The translations under genes and the position numbers were made by a program. From contig DASVDJ010000159.1 of assembly GCA_036381155.1 (NCBI GenBank), forward strand, positions 19,291 to 83,290: DNA of 64,000 bases, in the 5' to 3' direction. Source of the DNA: Vicinamibacterales bacterium (GTDB lineage: Bacteria > Acidobacteriota > Vicinamibacteria > Vicinamibacterales > JAENWD01). Shown here one piece after another: positions 31,201-40,282 of this stretch (within the stretch, counting starts at the first letter, position 1; the number at the start of each line of letters is the position of its first letter). Under the pieces are notes generated by a model. That model saw only the letters and a program-made list of their open reading frames with translations. It made no database searches and was not told the DNA's origin.

Positions 31201-32963
31201 GACGTGACCTCCTGGACGCCGCGCTCGTCCTCCCATCCGTAGGTGGCGAGCCGCCGCTGAAGGGCTACCTGCACCGGAAGGTTGGCCTTCGGCTCGCCCT
31301 GGTAGCTCACCGCGCGCACGCGCAGCGTCGTGGTCTCGCCGGGTCTGATCAGATAGCGGTCGGTCGACGCCGCGATCAGGAAGGTGCCGATCGTCGCATG
31401 GACGACGCGGCTGCCGGAGACCTCGCGGCCGCCGGCATCGGTCACGCGCGCCTCGATGCGGAGGCTGTAGTCGCGCCGGTCGTCGTCGGGCTCCGTGGGC
31501 ACGACGATCGTCGCGCGCCCGTCGGGGCCGAGCCGTGTCTCGCCCTGCAGCGTCTGCTCGTCGCCGTACCAGTAACCGCCACCGAACTCGTCCTCATCGT
31601 CCGACCAGCGCAGCGGAGAGTAGTACGGCTGCTTGTGCGCGACCCAGGCCACCCGCCCGTTGGCCACCGGCTGGCCGAAGTAGTACCGCGCGTCGATCGT
31701 CGCGGTGATGCCGGTGCCCTGGACGACGAACGGCTGCTCCGCGCGGACGATCACCTCGAACTCCGGCTTCCGGTACTCCTGGACCTCGAAGCCGGCGGTC
31801 GCGGTCTCATCGCCGTGCAGGATCGCGATCACGTAGTGGCCGAGGGCCACGCCGGGCCCCAGCGGGATGTCGGCCGTCACGCCGCCGAACGCATCCACCG
31901 GACGCCGCTCGCGGTAGATCACCTTCTGGGTCAGGTCGGAGACGCGGACTTCGACCTCTCCGGCGTCGAACGGCACCAGCGCGCCGTGCGTCCGCCATCG
32001 CAGGAAGCCCTTGACGTGGACCGTGTGGCCGGGACGGTAGATCGGCTTGTCGGTGAAGACGTAGCCGATCAGCTCGCGCGCCGCCTCGCGCAGGTACCAG
32101 CCGCCCGGATCGGCAATCGTGACCTGATCGCCGCAGCGCGCGATGGAGACGTACGAGTCGTGGCCGGCCGCAGGCTGGGCTTCGAACAGGCCGTCGGCGT
32201 CGGTCGTCCCCGAGGCGATCGGCTGCCGGTCCGCGAGGACCTGCACGCGGCAGCCGGCGGCGGGCGCGCCGGTGAAGCGGTCGGCCGCATACAGGAGCAG
32301 CTGCCCGGGCGCCGCCTTCGAGACCAGCCCGATGTCCGACACGACGACGATCGTGTAGGCGCGGTACGGCGGCGAGACCGCCTCGACCACGTACAGCCCC
32401 GGCTCGCGCGTGTCGATCGGGATGCGGCGGACGTCGGTGTCGCGCAGGCGCGGGAGGATCTCGTGCCACGACGTCACCAGCTGCGACGGGTTGAGCAGCG
32501 GGACCTGCGCGAACGATCGCGCGCGGGTCGTCTGGCGGCGGAGGACGACCGCGCTGGCGTCGAGGCGCTCGCGCCGCGCGCGGCGGTAGTCGGAGCTGAA
32601 CTGCGATCGGACGAAGGATCGGATCCGCGAGCGCCACCGCGCCTTCCAGGTCGCGATGCGCTCGAGCAGGGTGGGGGCCTGCGGCACGAGCGGCCGCTCG
32701 CTGCCGAGCTGGTGCGGATCCTCGAGCCCTGCGAGGAACGCCACCGGGTCCTGGACGCGATACACCCGGAAGTCGAGCCCCTCGAGATTGCGGAACGTCA
32801 GGTAGACCGCGGGCGTGTCGGCCGTCGTGAAGATCGTGCCGCTCGAGAGCGAGAAGGCCGGTCGATCGTCGGGCGCGTCCTGCGCGTTCGTCGCGGCTGC
32901 CGGCGCGAGCAGTGCGGCAATGACCAGCACGACACGGCCGGCGTGGCGGAAGACTCCTGTCAT
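28278..32963 (-). CDS. bacterial alpha-2-macroglobulin family protein with thioester motif
   Basis: Track ORF trimmed to MTGVFRHAGRVVLVIAALLAPAAATNAQ at 32963, a signal peptide with no lipobox. GYPYGCTEQTLSRF is the CxEQ thioester site. 1561 aa. Confidence 0.85.
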   Translation of the reverse strand: MTGVFRHAGRVVLVIAALLAPAAATNAQDAPDDRPAFSLSSGTIFTTADTPAVYLTFRNLEGLDFRVYRVQDPVAFLAGLEDPHQLGSERPLVPQAPTLLERIATWKARWRSRIRSFVRSQFSSDYRRARRERLDASAVVLRRQTTRARSFAQVPLLNPSQLVTSWHEILPRLRDTDVRRIPIDTREPGLYVVEAVSPPYRAYTIVVVSDIGLVSKAAPGQLLLYAADRFTGAPAAGCRVQVLADRQPIASGTTDADGLFEAQPAAGHDSYVSIARCGDQVTIADPGGWYLREAARELIGYVFTDKPIYRPGHTVHVKGFLRWRTHGALVPFDAGEVEVRVSDLTQKVIYRERRPVDAFGGVTADIPLGPGVALGHYVIAILHGDETATAGFEVQEYRKPEFEVIVRAEQPFVVQGTGITATIDARYYFGQPVANGRVAWVAHKQPYYSPLRWSDDEDEFGGGYWYGDEQTLQGETRLGPDGRATIVVPTEPDDDRRDYSLRIEARVTDAGGREVSGSRVVHATIGTFLIAASTDRYLIRPGETTTLRVRAVSYQGEPKANLPVQVALQRRLATYGWEDERGVQEVTSATITTDANGDASWVVPTPQEPGDYRIRARAMEKGRAIEDDAYVWRPGGRADEEGLSDEYRYLELIPERRTVMPGEIARFLIRGAEFDAHVLVTKEADHVSWRQVIQARGNGTIEVPITEEDVGDVWVNLVFMQEKRLYRAERRVRVPAVSRAITVTITPEAETARPREPARFRVKAVDATGAPVRAQFGLGVIDEAVYGVKPDNTADPLQYFYRRSYSRVGTQFSREYYFVGYSGTEVLRLAQKRRPYSLADFKADKPAQPQVRKEFPDAIYWIGDLVTDANGEAMVTLTYPDALTTWRVTARGVTADTKAGQAVARTTVTKDLIVRPITPRFLVEGDRLTVPVVTHNYQDGTATARVELDAANLTVTGAPASTEAAIPSGGDVRLDWKVEAGTAGTATVTARATTEAAADAVELSFPVQPFGLQRETGSSGSARGGSTASAQLTVPADTNPAARTISVRLAPSLAGSLLGALDFLTGYPYGCTEQTLSRFLPTLVVQRAMTQLGLQATERLSLVDRQVTAGVARLLEYQHDDGGWGWWRTDENHPFMTAYAVYGLLETRQNGYHVDEWRIRRGLNAMVEQYREYPRAVPALKAYMLFVLARASAAGLEPTPGDEPFDRAAALDEVWNARDRLTPYGRALLLLAFDALKDPRGDELARTLAGEAERRGDLAWWTVGRDPLLDDWSDTSVEATAMAVQALAPRMPSDPLLEQAVRYILARRQAGAWMSTKATAMAVYGLTAYMTARGERASPVSVEVAVNGAPVQTVAFEADDITAPDPVVVTAPAREGENAVTLTVTGEGTVYWSASARYFETRTPIARTGGRELAIAREYFSLTPQRVRDRIVYRQVPFDGAASPGDVLLVRLTVAGASDWRYLLIEDPLPAGSEAMADDSLYELERPLAGSWRNRRELRDDRVVFFQDGLPGGRVEFWYLLKITSPGVFTALPARVTPMYVPDVMASTTPEMVTIANGGAQ

Positions 32964-33640
32964 GGGAACGACGTGAGGCGGAAGACGCCGACGAAGGCCT
33001 CGTTCGACGGAACGGGACGCCACCGCGGCGCCGGATGCCGGAGCAGGTCGGCGAGCCGGACCTTCCGGATCTCGCCCGGGTCGTCGCCGTCCGGCCCCGT
33101 GTGATAGACGACGAAGTCCGGGGCGGCGCGATCGAAGCGCGACGCGCCGACGACGATCATCAGGTGGTCGGGCTGGCGTTGCGACGGCTGCCGGAAATAG
33201 AGCAGGTCGCCGGGGCGCGCCACCGAGACGTCGCGCGACACCTGCCAGGCGTTCCAGCGGACGATCGTCCGCGCGTCGGCGAACTCCGCGAGGTCGTCGG
33301 GACGTGCCGAGACGCGGAAGATCGGCAGCAGGCCGTCGCGCCCGGACGGGCGCTCGCGGACGTCGGGCAGGCCGGGGGCGGCCGGCAGGCCGGCGCGGCG
33401 CAGCCACTCGGGCGTGTGCGGGCGGAGCGATTCGCGCAGGGCGTAGCGCACGAGCGCCGCGCAGTCGGTGACCTCGGCCGGCGGCTCGTAGAACGCGGCG
33501 TCGGCCAGCAGCACGAACCAGCTGCGGAGCGCCTGACGGTCTCCGGCATCGGCGAGCCGGAGCTGCGCGGCCAGGTCGGCGCGCGTGCAGGGCAGGAGCA
33601 GAGCGGCGGCCGCGACCAGCAGCGCGGCCGCGCTACGCAT
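32960..33640 (-). CDS. DUF1175 (YfaT-like) protein
   Basis: 226 aa with a signal peptide. ATGA overlap with the A2M start. The C-terminal DHLMIVVG...VVYHTGP resembles the YfaT-type partner of A2M operons. Confidence 0.6.
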   Translation of the reverse strand: MRSAAALLVAAAALLLPCTRADLAAQLRLADAGDRQALRSWFVLLADAAFYEPPAEVTDCAALVRYALRESLRPHTPEWLRRAGLPAAPGLPDVRERPSGRDGLLPIFRVSARPDDLAEFADARTIVRWNAWQVSRDVSVARPGDLLYFRQPSQRQPDHLMIVVGASRFDRAAPDFVVYHTGPDGDDPGEIRKVRLADLLRHPAPRWRPVPSNEAFVGVFRLTSFP

Positions 33641-34586
33641 CGGCGATCCCGGCGGGCTGCTCCGGATAGCCCTTCGCCGCCGCGCGGCACACGGCGCCGA
33701 ACATCCGGACCCTGCGCATGTCGCCGCTCAGGAGGCTGCCCGCCGTGCGCAGGCCCATGCCCGTCACCACCAGCGCGCGCGTCAACGGGCGCGCGAGCAG
33801 GCCGTGGTGCTTCGCCATGTAGCGCTCCAGGTTCCGGTAGTACAGCGTCTGGATGTCGGCGCAGGTGAGCTGCCGCATCGACATCCCGCCGATATGCCGG
33901 AACGGCGCGCGCGGGATGAAGAAGATCGTCCAGCCGACGACGAGGAGCCGCCGGCAGAAGTCGACCTCCTCGAACCAGGCCGGCGCGAACTGCTCGTCCA
34001 TGCCGCCGACGTGCTCGAACGCATGCCGGCGGACGAGGAGGCACGCCGCCGTCGGCTGCTCGACCAGGTGCGGCTTCGAGTCGCCGACGTCGGCCGCCCT
34101 GGCGTGACGCGAGATCGGGTTGTCCGGCCACAGGTAGCCGAGCAGCAGGAGATGCGCGGCCAGCGTGTGATAACGCGGCAGCCGGCGGAGGTTCAGCCCG
34201 CGCTGCCACTGCTCGGTCATCGAGAGCAGCCGGCCGCACGCGGCGCCGCACGTCGGGTGCTCGTCGAGAAACGCCATCAGCCGGGCGACGGCGTTCGGCG
34301 TCGCCTCGGCATCCGGGTGCAGGAGGAGCAGATAGTCGCCGGTCGCCTCACGCGCCGCGCGGTTGATGCCGCCGGCGAACCCGAGATTCCGGTCGCTGCG
34401 AATCAGCCGGACGTGCGGGAACGTCTCCGCGACGAACTCCGCGCTGCCGTCCGTGGAGGCGTTGTCCACGGCCACGACCTCGCTGCCGGGCGGAAGCGAC
34501 TCGAGGCACCGGCCGAGGAACTCGCGGTTGTTCCGGATGACGACGAGCGTGGACAGCGTCGAGGCCAACGGCCCACATCCTAGCAT
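33633..34586 (-). CDS. family 2 glycosyltransferase
   Basis: Track ORF trimmed to the ATG at 34586. LSTLVVIRNNREFLGRCLESL..VAVDNASTDGS is a GT2 N-terminus. 8-nt overlap with the DUF1175 start. Confidence 0.8.
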   Translation of the reverse strand: MLGCGPLASTLSTLVVIRNNREFLGRCLESLPPGSEVVAVDNASTDGSAEFVAETFPHVRLIRSDRNLGFAGGINRAAREATGDYLLLLHPDAEATPNAVARLMAFLDEHPTCGAACGRLLSMTEQWQRGLNLRRLPRYHTLAAHLLLLGYLWPDNPISRHARAADVGDSKPHLVEQPTAACLLVRRHAFEHVGGMDEQFAPAWFEEVDFCRRLLVVGWTIFFIPRAPFRHIGGMSMRQLTCADIQTLYYRNLERYMAKHHGLLARPLTRALVVTGMGLRTAGSLLSGDMRRVRMFGAVCRAAAKGYPEQPAGIADA

Positions 34587-34623
34587 CGACCGAGCGGCCC
34601 CCGAGCGGCCCCCCGGGTGGCCT

Positions 34624-34929
34624 GAGCCGCTCTGGGCTTTAGGCTTTGGGCTCTTGGCCTTGGGCTCGTCCGGGTGTGACGGGCGTACGGCCTCGCCCGA
34701 GCGGCGTTCGCAGTCACGCTGTTCACGTACGCTGCGCAGGGCAGCGCGCGCAACATGCCAGGCAGCTGTCTTGATCCGACTGCGCGACAGCGAGTGCCGT
34801 CCGACCAAGCCCCTGTTGGCGCCGCGCATCCGGAACCGTGAGCCCAAAGCCCAAAGCCCAAAGCCCAAGGCCGAAAGCCCAAAGCCCAAAGCCCAAAGCG
34901 CCCAAAGCCCAGAGCGGCCCAAGGCCCAG
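34624..34929. repeat. GCCCAAAG-armed inverted-repeat element, copy 2 (opposite orientation to copy 1)
   Basis: Arms at 34632-34667 and 34841-34929. The outer inverted repeat is gagccgctctggg / cccagagcggc. Core blocks gtccgggtgtgacgggcgtacgg, gcggcgttcgcagtcacgct, gacagcgagtg and cgcatccggaaccgtgag match the reverse complement of copy 1. Confidence 0.85.
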
Positions 34930-34969
34930 TACTTGCAGACCCCGCGACGTCGTGGCACAGTCGCGTGTC

Positions 34970-35542
34970 ATGCGCCTGCTCGCCGGTGCCCTGATCTGCC
35001 TCGTCGCGCTCGGCGCGGACGCCGCGTCCGCGCAGCCGGCGCCGGGCCGGAATGAGAACCCGCAGGCCGAACGGGTGCAGGGGGACTCGGCCGAATTCCT
35101 CGCGGAGTGGCACAAGCGCATCCCGCAGATGCTCCGGACCGGCGCGCTCCGGCTGCGCGAGGAGCGCGAGCAGCCCGACGGCGCCCGCGACCAGTGGTTC
35201 GATCAGCTCCATCGGGGCGTGCCCGTCGAAGGCGGATCGCTCTGGCGGCGGCTCGTCAACGGATCGACGCAGGCCATCGACGGCACGCTGTATCGCGACA
35301 TCCGCGTCAATCCCGTGCCGAAGCTGACGCGCGCCGAGGCGGAGGCGGCCATCCAGGCGCTCGCGCCGGAGCGGCTCGGGCCCAGCCTGCCGCCGGAGCT
35401 GCTCGTGCTGCCGAAGGAGGACGGCACCTACGTGCTCGTCTACCGGGCGCGCGTGTTCTCCGGCACCGAGCTGGTCACGCACTACGTCGACGCGACGACG
35501 GGCGCGATCGTCCGGTCGGATGCGATGCCGGGGCCGCCGTGA
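34970..35542 (+). CDS. secreted FTP + PepSY domain protein (protease-propeptide-like, no protease domain)
   Basis: Trimmed to MRLLAGALICLVALGADAASAQ. The PepSY-like end is LTRAEAEAAIQAL...DGTYVLVYRARV...VDATTGAIV. Confidence 0.6.
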   Translation: MRLLAGALICLVALGADAASAQPAPGRNENPQAERVQGDSAEFLAEWHKRIPQMLRTGALRLREEREQPDGARDQWFDQLHRGVPVEGGSLWRRLVNGSTQAIDGTLYRDIRVNPVPKLTRAEAEAAIQALAPERLGPSLPPELLVLPKEDGTYVLVYRARVFSGTELVTHYVDATTGAIVRSDAMPGPP

Positions 35543-36210
35543 GCGCACGCGAGCGCGATGACGCGCGCGCGCTCCTTTCGCTGGCCGTCCACGAGCTGCG
35601 CTCGCCGCTCACCGTCGCGACCGGATCGGTGCAGCGCCTGCTCGCCTCGGACACGATCGACGACGAGACGCGGGCGCTCCTCGAACGGGCCCTGCGCGCG
35701 TGCCGGCAGGTGGAGACGATCGTCGGGCAGATGCGCGACTGGACGCGGCTGCACGACACGCCGGCCGCCGAGCCGCGTCCGGCGCCGCTCGCCCCCGCGC
35801 TGACGGAGGCGGCCGCGCTCGTCGGGGCAGCCCGGCCAGGACTGACGGTCGCGATCGACGCCGCGCCGGCGGTGCACGTCGCCGCGCTGCCCGGCCGGCT
35901 CGTGCCGGCGCTGGCTGCGGTGTTCTCCGCGGTCGCACGTCCGCTTCCCAACGGCGCCACGCTCCCGATCCGCACCGCCGTCCTTGGCGACCGCGTGGCC
36001 GTGCAGGCCGGACTGACCGGCCGCGTTCAGCCGGCCGGACACGAAGTGGCCGAGGTCGGCGGCCTCGGCTTCACGCTGCCGCTGGCGCGTGCCGTGCTCG
36101 AAGCCGGCGGCGGCCGCCTGTCCCTGGCCCGCGATGGGGACGAGCGGATCGCCGGTGCGGTGGTCGAGCTTCGGGCCGTCGCGGAACCATCGGGCACGGA
36201 CGGCATCTGA
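35539..36210 (+). CDS. sensor-less histidine-kinase-like protein
   Basis: GTG at 35539 makes a GTGA overlap with the upstream stop. H-box is HELRSPLT. C-terminal G-box-like [19 protein letters not shown]. No TM or sensor domain. Confidence 0.6.
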   Translation: MSARERDDARALLSLAVHELRSPLTVATGSVQRLLASDTIDDETRALLERALRACRQVETIVGQMRDWTRLHDTPAAEPRPAPLAPALTEAAALVGAARPGLTVAIDAAPAVHVAALPGRLVPALAAVFSAVARPLPNGATLPIRTAVLGDRVAVQAGLTGRVQPAGHEVAEVGGLGFTLPLARAVLEAGGGRLSLARDGDERIAGAVVELRAVAEPSGTDGI

Positions 36211-36317
36211 GTGGGTATTGCTGCCGGCGTGGTTCGCCGCGCCGTGCGTTTGTGGGAGCATGGGGGCATGGAGCCCGTACGCCGGACCTCCGGGCGGCGC
36301 GGGATGAGGGGGCAGGG

Positions 36318-37265
<948 letters not shown>

Positions 37266-37271
37266 GTCCGG

Positions 37272-37976
37272 GTGATCGCCGGCGCAACCGGCCCGGCGAT
37301 CGCCCCGGCCGCCACCGATTCGATGGTTGCCCGTCTGAAGCCGCTCGTGTTCCTGGCGGCCCTGGTGCCGTTCGGCGCGCTCGTCTACGGCGCGTTCGCC
37401 GACACGCTCGGGGCGAACCCGCTCGACGCGATCACGGACGAGACCGGCACCTGGACGCTGCGCTTCCTCGTCCTCACGCTGCTCATCACGCCGCTGCGCC
37501 GCTGGACCGGCTGGAACTGGCTCATCCGGTACCGCCGGATGCTCGGCCTGTTCGCCTTCTTCTACGGGTCGCTGCACTTCCTCACGTATATCTGGTTCGA
37601 TCAGTTCTTCGACCTCGCCGAGATCACCGCCGACATCGGGCGGCGGCCGTTCATCACGGTCGGGTTTTCGGCATTCGTCCTGATGGTGCCGCTCGCCGCG
37701 ACGTCGACGGCCGGCTGGATCCGGCGGCTGGGCGGGCGCCGCTGGAACCGCCTCCACCGCCTGGTCTACGCCTCCGCCACTCTCGCCGTCGTCCATTACC
37801 TGTGGCTGGTGAAGGCCGATACGTCCCGCCCGGTGCGCTACGGCGTCATCATCGGAATCCTGCTGGCCGCGCGTCTGTGGTTCGCCTACAATGCGCGCCA
37901 TGCCAATACCTCGCGCGCTGCTGCCGCTCGCCGCGGCGGCCTGCCTGATCGTGTCGAGTCCGCCGACGCTGGCTGA
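37272..37976 (+). CDS. msrQ: haem-binding membrane subunit MsrQ (YedZ)
   Basis: GTG at 37272; the ATG at 37323 (MVARLKPLVFLAALVPF) is an equally plausible start. FYGSLHFLTYIWFD is a typical MsrQ helix. Confidence 0.85.
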   Translation: MIAGATGPAIAPAATDSMVARLKPLVFLAALVPFGALVYGAFADTLGANPLDAITDETGTWTLRFLVLTLLITPLRRWTGWNWLIRYRRMLGLFAFFYGSLHFLTYIWFDQFFDLAEITADIGRRPFITVGFSAFVLMVPLAATSTAGWIRRLGGRRWNRLHRLVYASATLAVVHYLWLVKADTSRPVRYGVIIGILLAARLWFAYNARHANTSRAAAARRGGLPDRVESADAG

Positions 37977-38946
37977 CGAGCTGTCGGTGGCGCTCGCCGA
38001 CGCCGTCCGCTCGTTCCTCGACACGCTCGACGCCTCGCAGCGCGCGCGTGTGCAGTTCCCCTTCGACAGCGAAGAGCGGTTCAACTGGTTCTACGTGCCG
38101 CGCGAGCGGGAAGGGCTGCCGCTGAAGCGCATGTCCCCCGCGCAGCAGCAGGCCGCGCTCCGGGTCGTCGAAGCGGGGCTGAGCCAGAAGGGGTACTCGA
38201 AGGCCGAGGCGATCCGCGCGCTGGAGCCGGTGCTGGCGGCCATCGAGAACAACCCCGTGCGCCGCGATCCCGAGAACTACTACCTGACCGTGTTCGGCGA
38301 GCCGGGCGCGGATGCGACATGGGGCCTGCGGTGGGAAGGGCACCACCTGTCGCTCCACTGGACCATCGTCCAGGGAAAGGCGATTGCGACCACGCCGCAG
38401 TTCTTCGGCAGCAACCCGGCCGAGGTCCGCTCCGGGCCGAAGAAGGGCACGCGCGTGCTGCACGCGGAAGAGGATCTCGGGCGCGCGCTCGTGCAGGCGC
38501 TCGACGAGGCGCAGCGGAAGGTCGCCATCGTCGCGCCGGAGGCGCCGAGCGACATCCTGACGACGAACGAGCGGAAGGCGGGCATCCTCGAGCAGACGGG
38601 TCTCGCCTACAAGGACATGACCGCGCAGCAGCGCGGCATGCTCCTCGCGCTCATCGAGGAATACGCCAGCGCGCAGCCGCGCAAGCTCGCCGCCGAGCGC
38701 ATCCGGACGATTCGGGATGCCGGCCTCGACGAGGTGCGCTTCGCGTGGATGGGGTCAATCGAGAAGGGGGGCCTGCACTACTACCGCGTGCAGGGGCCGA
38801 CGTTCCTGATCGAGTACGACTGCGTGCAGAACGAGGGGAATCACATCCACGCCGTATGGCGTGATTTCGATGGCGATTTCGGGCGGGACCTGCTGGAAGA
38901 GCATTACAGGAACTCACCGCACCATCACGGGCACCGGCCGGACTGA
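37891..38946 (+). CDS. secreted DUF3500 family protein
   Basis: 351 aa with a signal peptide. LRWEGHHLSLHW is the segment I associate with DUF3500. Overlaps the msrQ 3' end by 86 nt. Confidence 0.65.
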   Translation: MRAMPIPRALLPLAAAACLIVSSPPTLADELSVALADAVRSFLDTLDASQRARVQFPFDSEERFNWFYVPREREGLPLKRMSPAQQQAALRVVEAGLSQKGYSKAEAIRALEPVLAAIENNPVRRDPENYYLTVFGEPGADATWGLRWEGHHLSLHWTIVQGKAIATTPQFFGSNPAEVRSGPKKGTRVLHAEEDLGRALVQALDEAQRKVAIVAPEAPSDILTTNERKAGILEQTGLAYKDMTAQQRGMLLALIEEYASAQPRKLAAERIRTIRDAGLDEVRFAWMGSIEKGGLHYYRVQGPTFLIEYDCVQNEGNHIHAVWRDFDGDFGRDLLEEHYRNSPHHHGHRPD

Positions 38947-38955
38947 AGTCCGGCC
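38936..38955. terminator. REP-like bidirectional hairpin between convergent genes
   Basis: GGCCGGAC-tgaa-GTCCGGCC. The DUF3500 TGA lies in the loop, and the BNR gene stop begins at 38956. Confidence 0.5.
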
Positions 38956-40035
38956 CTACGAAGTCGGCGACGCGATCACCCGCACGATCGTCTCGCCGCC
39001 GTCCTCGTACGCAACCACAATCCGATTCGGGTCTGGCAGGGAAGCCGCCGCCGCGAACTGCCCGCGTGCCGCGACGACCTGCGGCGCGGCGTCACCCCAG
39101 CGCGCGGTCAGGCCGTCGGGGGCGTTCCAGACGACGACCGGCGTGGCGCCTGCGAGCGCCAGCGTCGGGTTGACCCCCTCGCCGACGCGGGTCTCGCGGC
39201 CGGCGCCGCCGACGTAGACCGTTCCTTCACGACGCCAGGCCGCGACCAGTTCCCCCGCCCGGTCCAGCGCGATCGCGCCGCCGTCCATCGGGCACATGGT
39301 GATCGGCCACGTGCCGGTGCCGACGCGCCTCGCCTCGCCCCAGGTCGCGCCGCCGTCCGCTGACTCGATCGCGTACATGTCACGCGCGCCGTGCAAGTCG
39401 TTCCGGAACATCGCGACGACCCGCTGGCCGGCGATGAGGACGGACGGATGGCAGCAGGTGCAGATCGTCGGCGCGTCGTCGTAGGCCAGGCGATTCGGGC
39501 CCCACGTGCGCCCGCCGTCCGAGGAGGCCGCGCTCATGAGCCGCATCTTCCCGGTGCGCAGATCGAGCCAGAGCAGCGCGGCGCGGCTTCCCTGGAGCGC
39601 CATCCCGTGCAGCCCCTCGCGCGCCGCGTTCGGCACGTCGTTGACGACGACCGGCGCCGACCAGGTGGCGCCGCCGTCCTCGGAACGCCACACCATGAGG
39701 TCGCCGGATGTGCCGCGTGCCGCGCCCGGCTTGCTCACGATCGCCGAGACGAGGACCGAGCGGCCGGAGGCGGCGACCCGCGGCCCGCGATGGTTGCCGA
39801 GCGCGAGCTGCCCCGGCACGGCGATGGGTGTCAGACGCGTGAAGCTCGCGGCCGCGTCGGTCGATCGGGCAACCAGGATCGAATCGGGTGCGCCGCAGGC
39901 GACGTAGAGCCCCGAATCGGCGGCGGCCAGCTGAGGCTGGCGGCAGGGCAGCCTGGTGTCGCCCGCCTGCGCGTCCCCGGCCAGGGTCGCCACGAACCCG
40001 AGAGCGAGACAGAGGTACCTGAAGAAGGGCATCAC
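38956..40035 (-). CDS. BNR/Asp-box repeat (sialidase-like) beta-propeller protein
   Basis: SEDGGATWS, SSDGGRTWG and SADGGATWG Asp-boxes. Signal peptide present. Confidence 0.8.
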   Translation of the reverse strand: MMPFFRYLCLALGFVATLAGDAQAGDTRLPCRQPQLAAADSGLYVACGAPDSILVARSTDAAASFTRLTPIAVPGQLALGNHRGPRVAASGRSVLVSAIVSKPGAARGTSGDLMVWRSEDGGATWSAPVVVNDVPNAAREGLHGMALQGSRAALLWLDLRTGKMRLMSAASSDGGRTWGPNRLAYDDAPTICTCCHPSVLIAGQRVVAMFRNDLHGARDMYAIESADGGATWGEARRVGTGTWPITMCPMDGGAIALDRAGELVAAWRREGTVYVGGAGRETRVGEGVNPTLALAGATPVVVWNAPDGLTARWGDAAPQVVAARGQFAAAASLPDPNRIVVAYEDGGETIVRVIASPTS

Positions 40036-40100
40036 TGATTAGAGTATCGCGCTGGGCAGACGTGGTCGAGTTGCCAGCCCGCGGTACCAGTCGCCGCGGC

Positions 40101-40264
40101 GGGACCCGATCTGACCTGATCGCCGAGCCCGCGGAACGACTGCAGCGCGGGCGCAGGCGAGACCCGATCCGCCGTGCCGCGAACGGGACACGCGCGGCAC
40201 GGCGGGACCTGATCAGACCTGATCCGACCCGATCCGACCCGATCAGACCTGATCCGACCTGATC
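40101..40264. repeat. GACCTGATC-type composite repeat element, copy B
   Basis: gggacccgatctgacctgatcgccgagcccgcggaacgactgcagcgcgggcgcaggcgagacccgatccgcc, then a hairpin, then a gacctgatc run. Collinear with 17161-17325. Confidence 0.8.
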
Positions 40265-40282
40265 ACGGGCTAAGATCCGCAA

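Noticed and set aside
32964-33407. 148-codon N-terminal extension of the A2M ORF. Similar upstream extensions occur in track ORFs 979..1695, 3987..4523, 15027..16013, 20846..22489, 24126..24857, 35107..36210, 35700..37265, 43473..44564, 46583..50059 and 58676..61318.
   Set aside because: The extensions overlap upstream genes or repeats and are low-complexity. Internal starts give proper signal peptides or RBSs, or 4-nt overlaps with the neighbouring gene.
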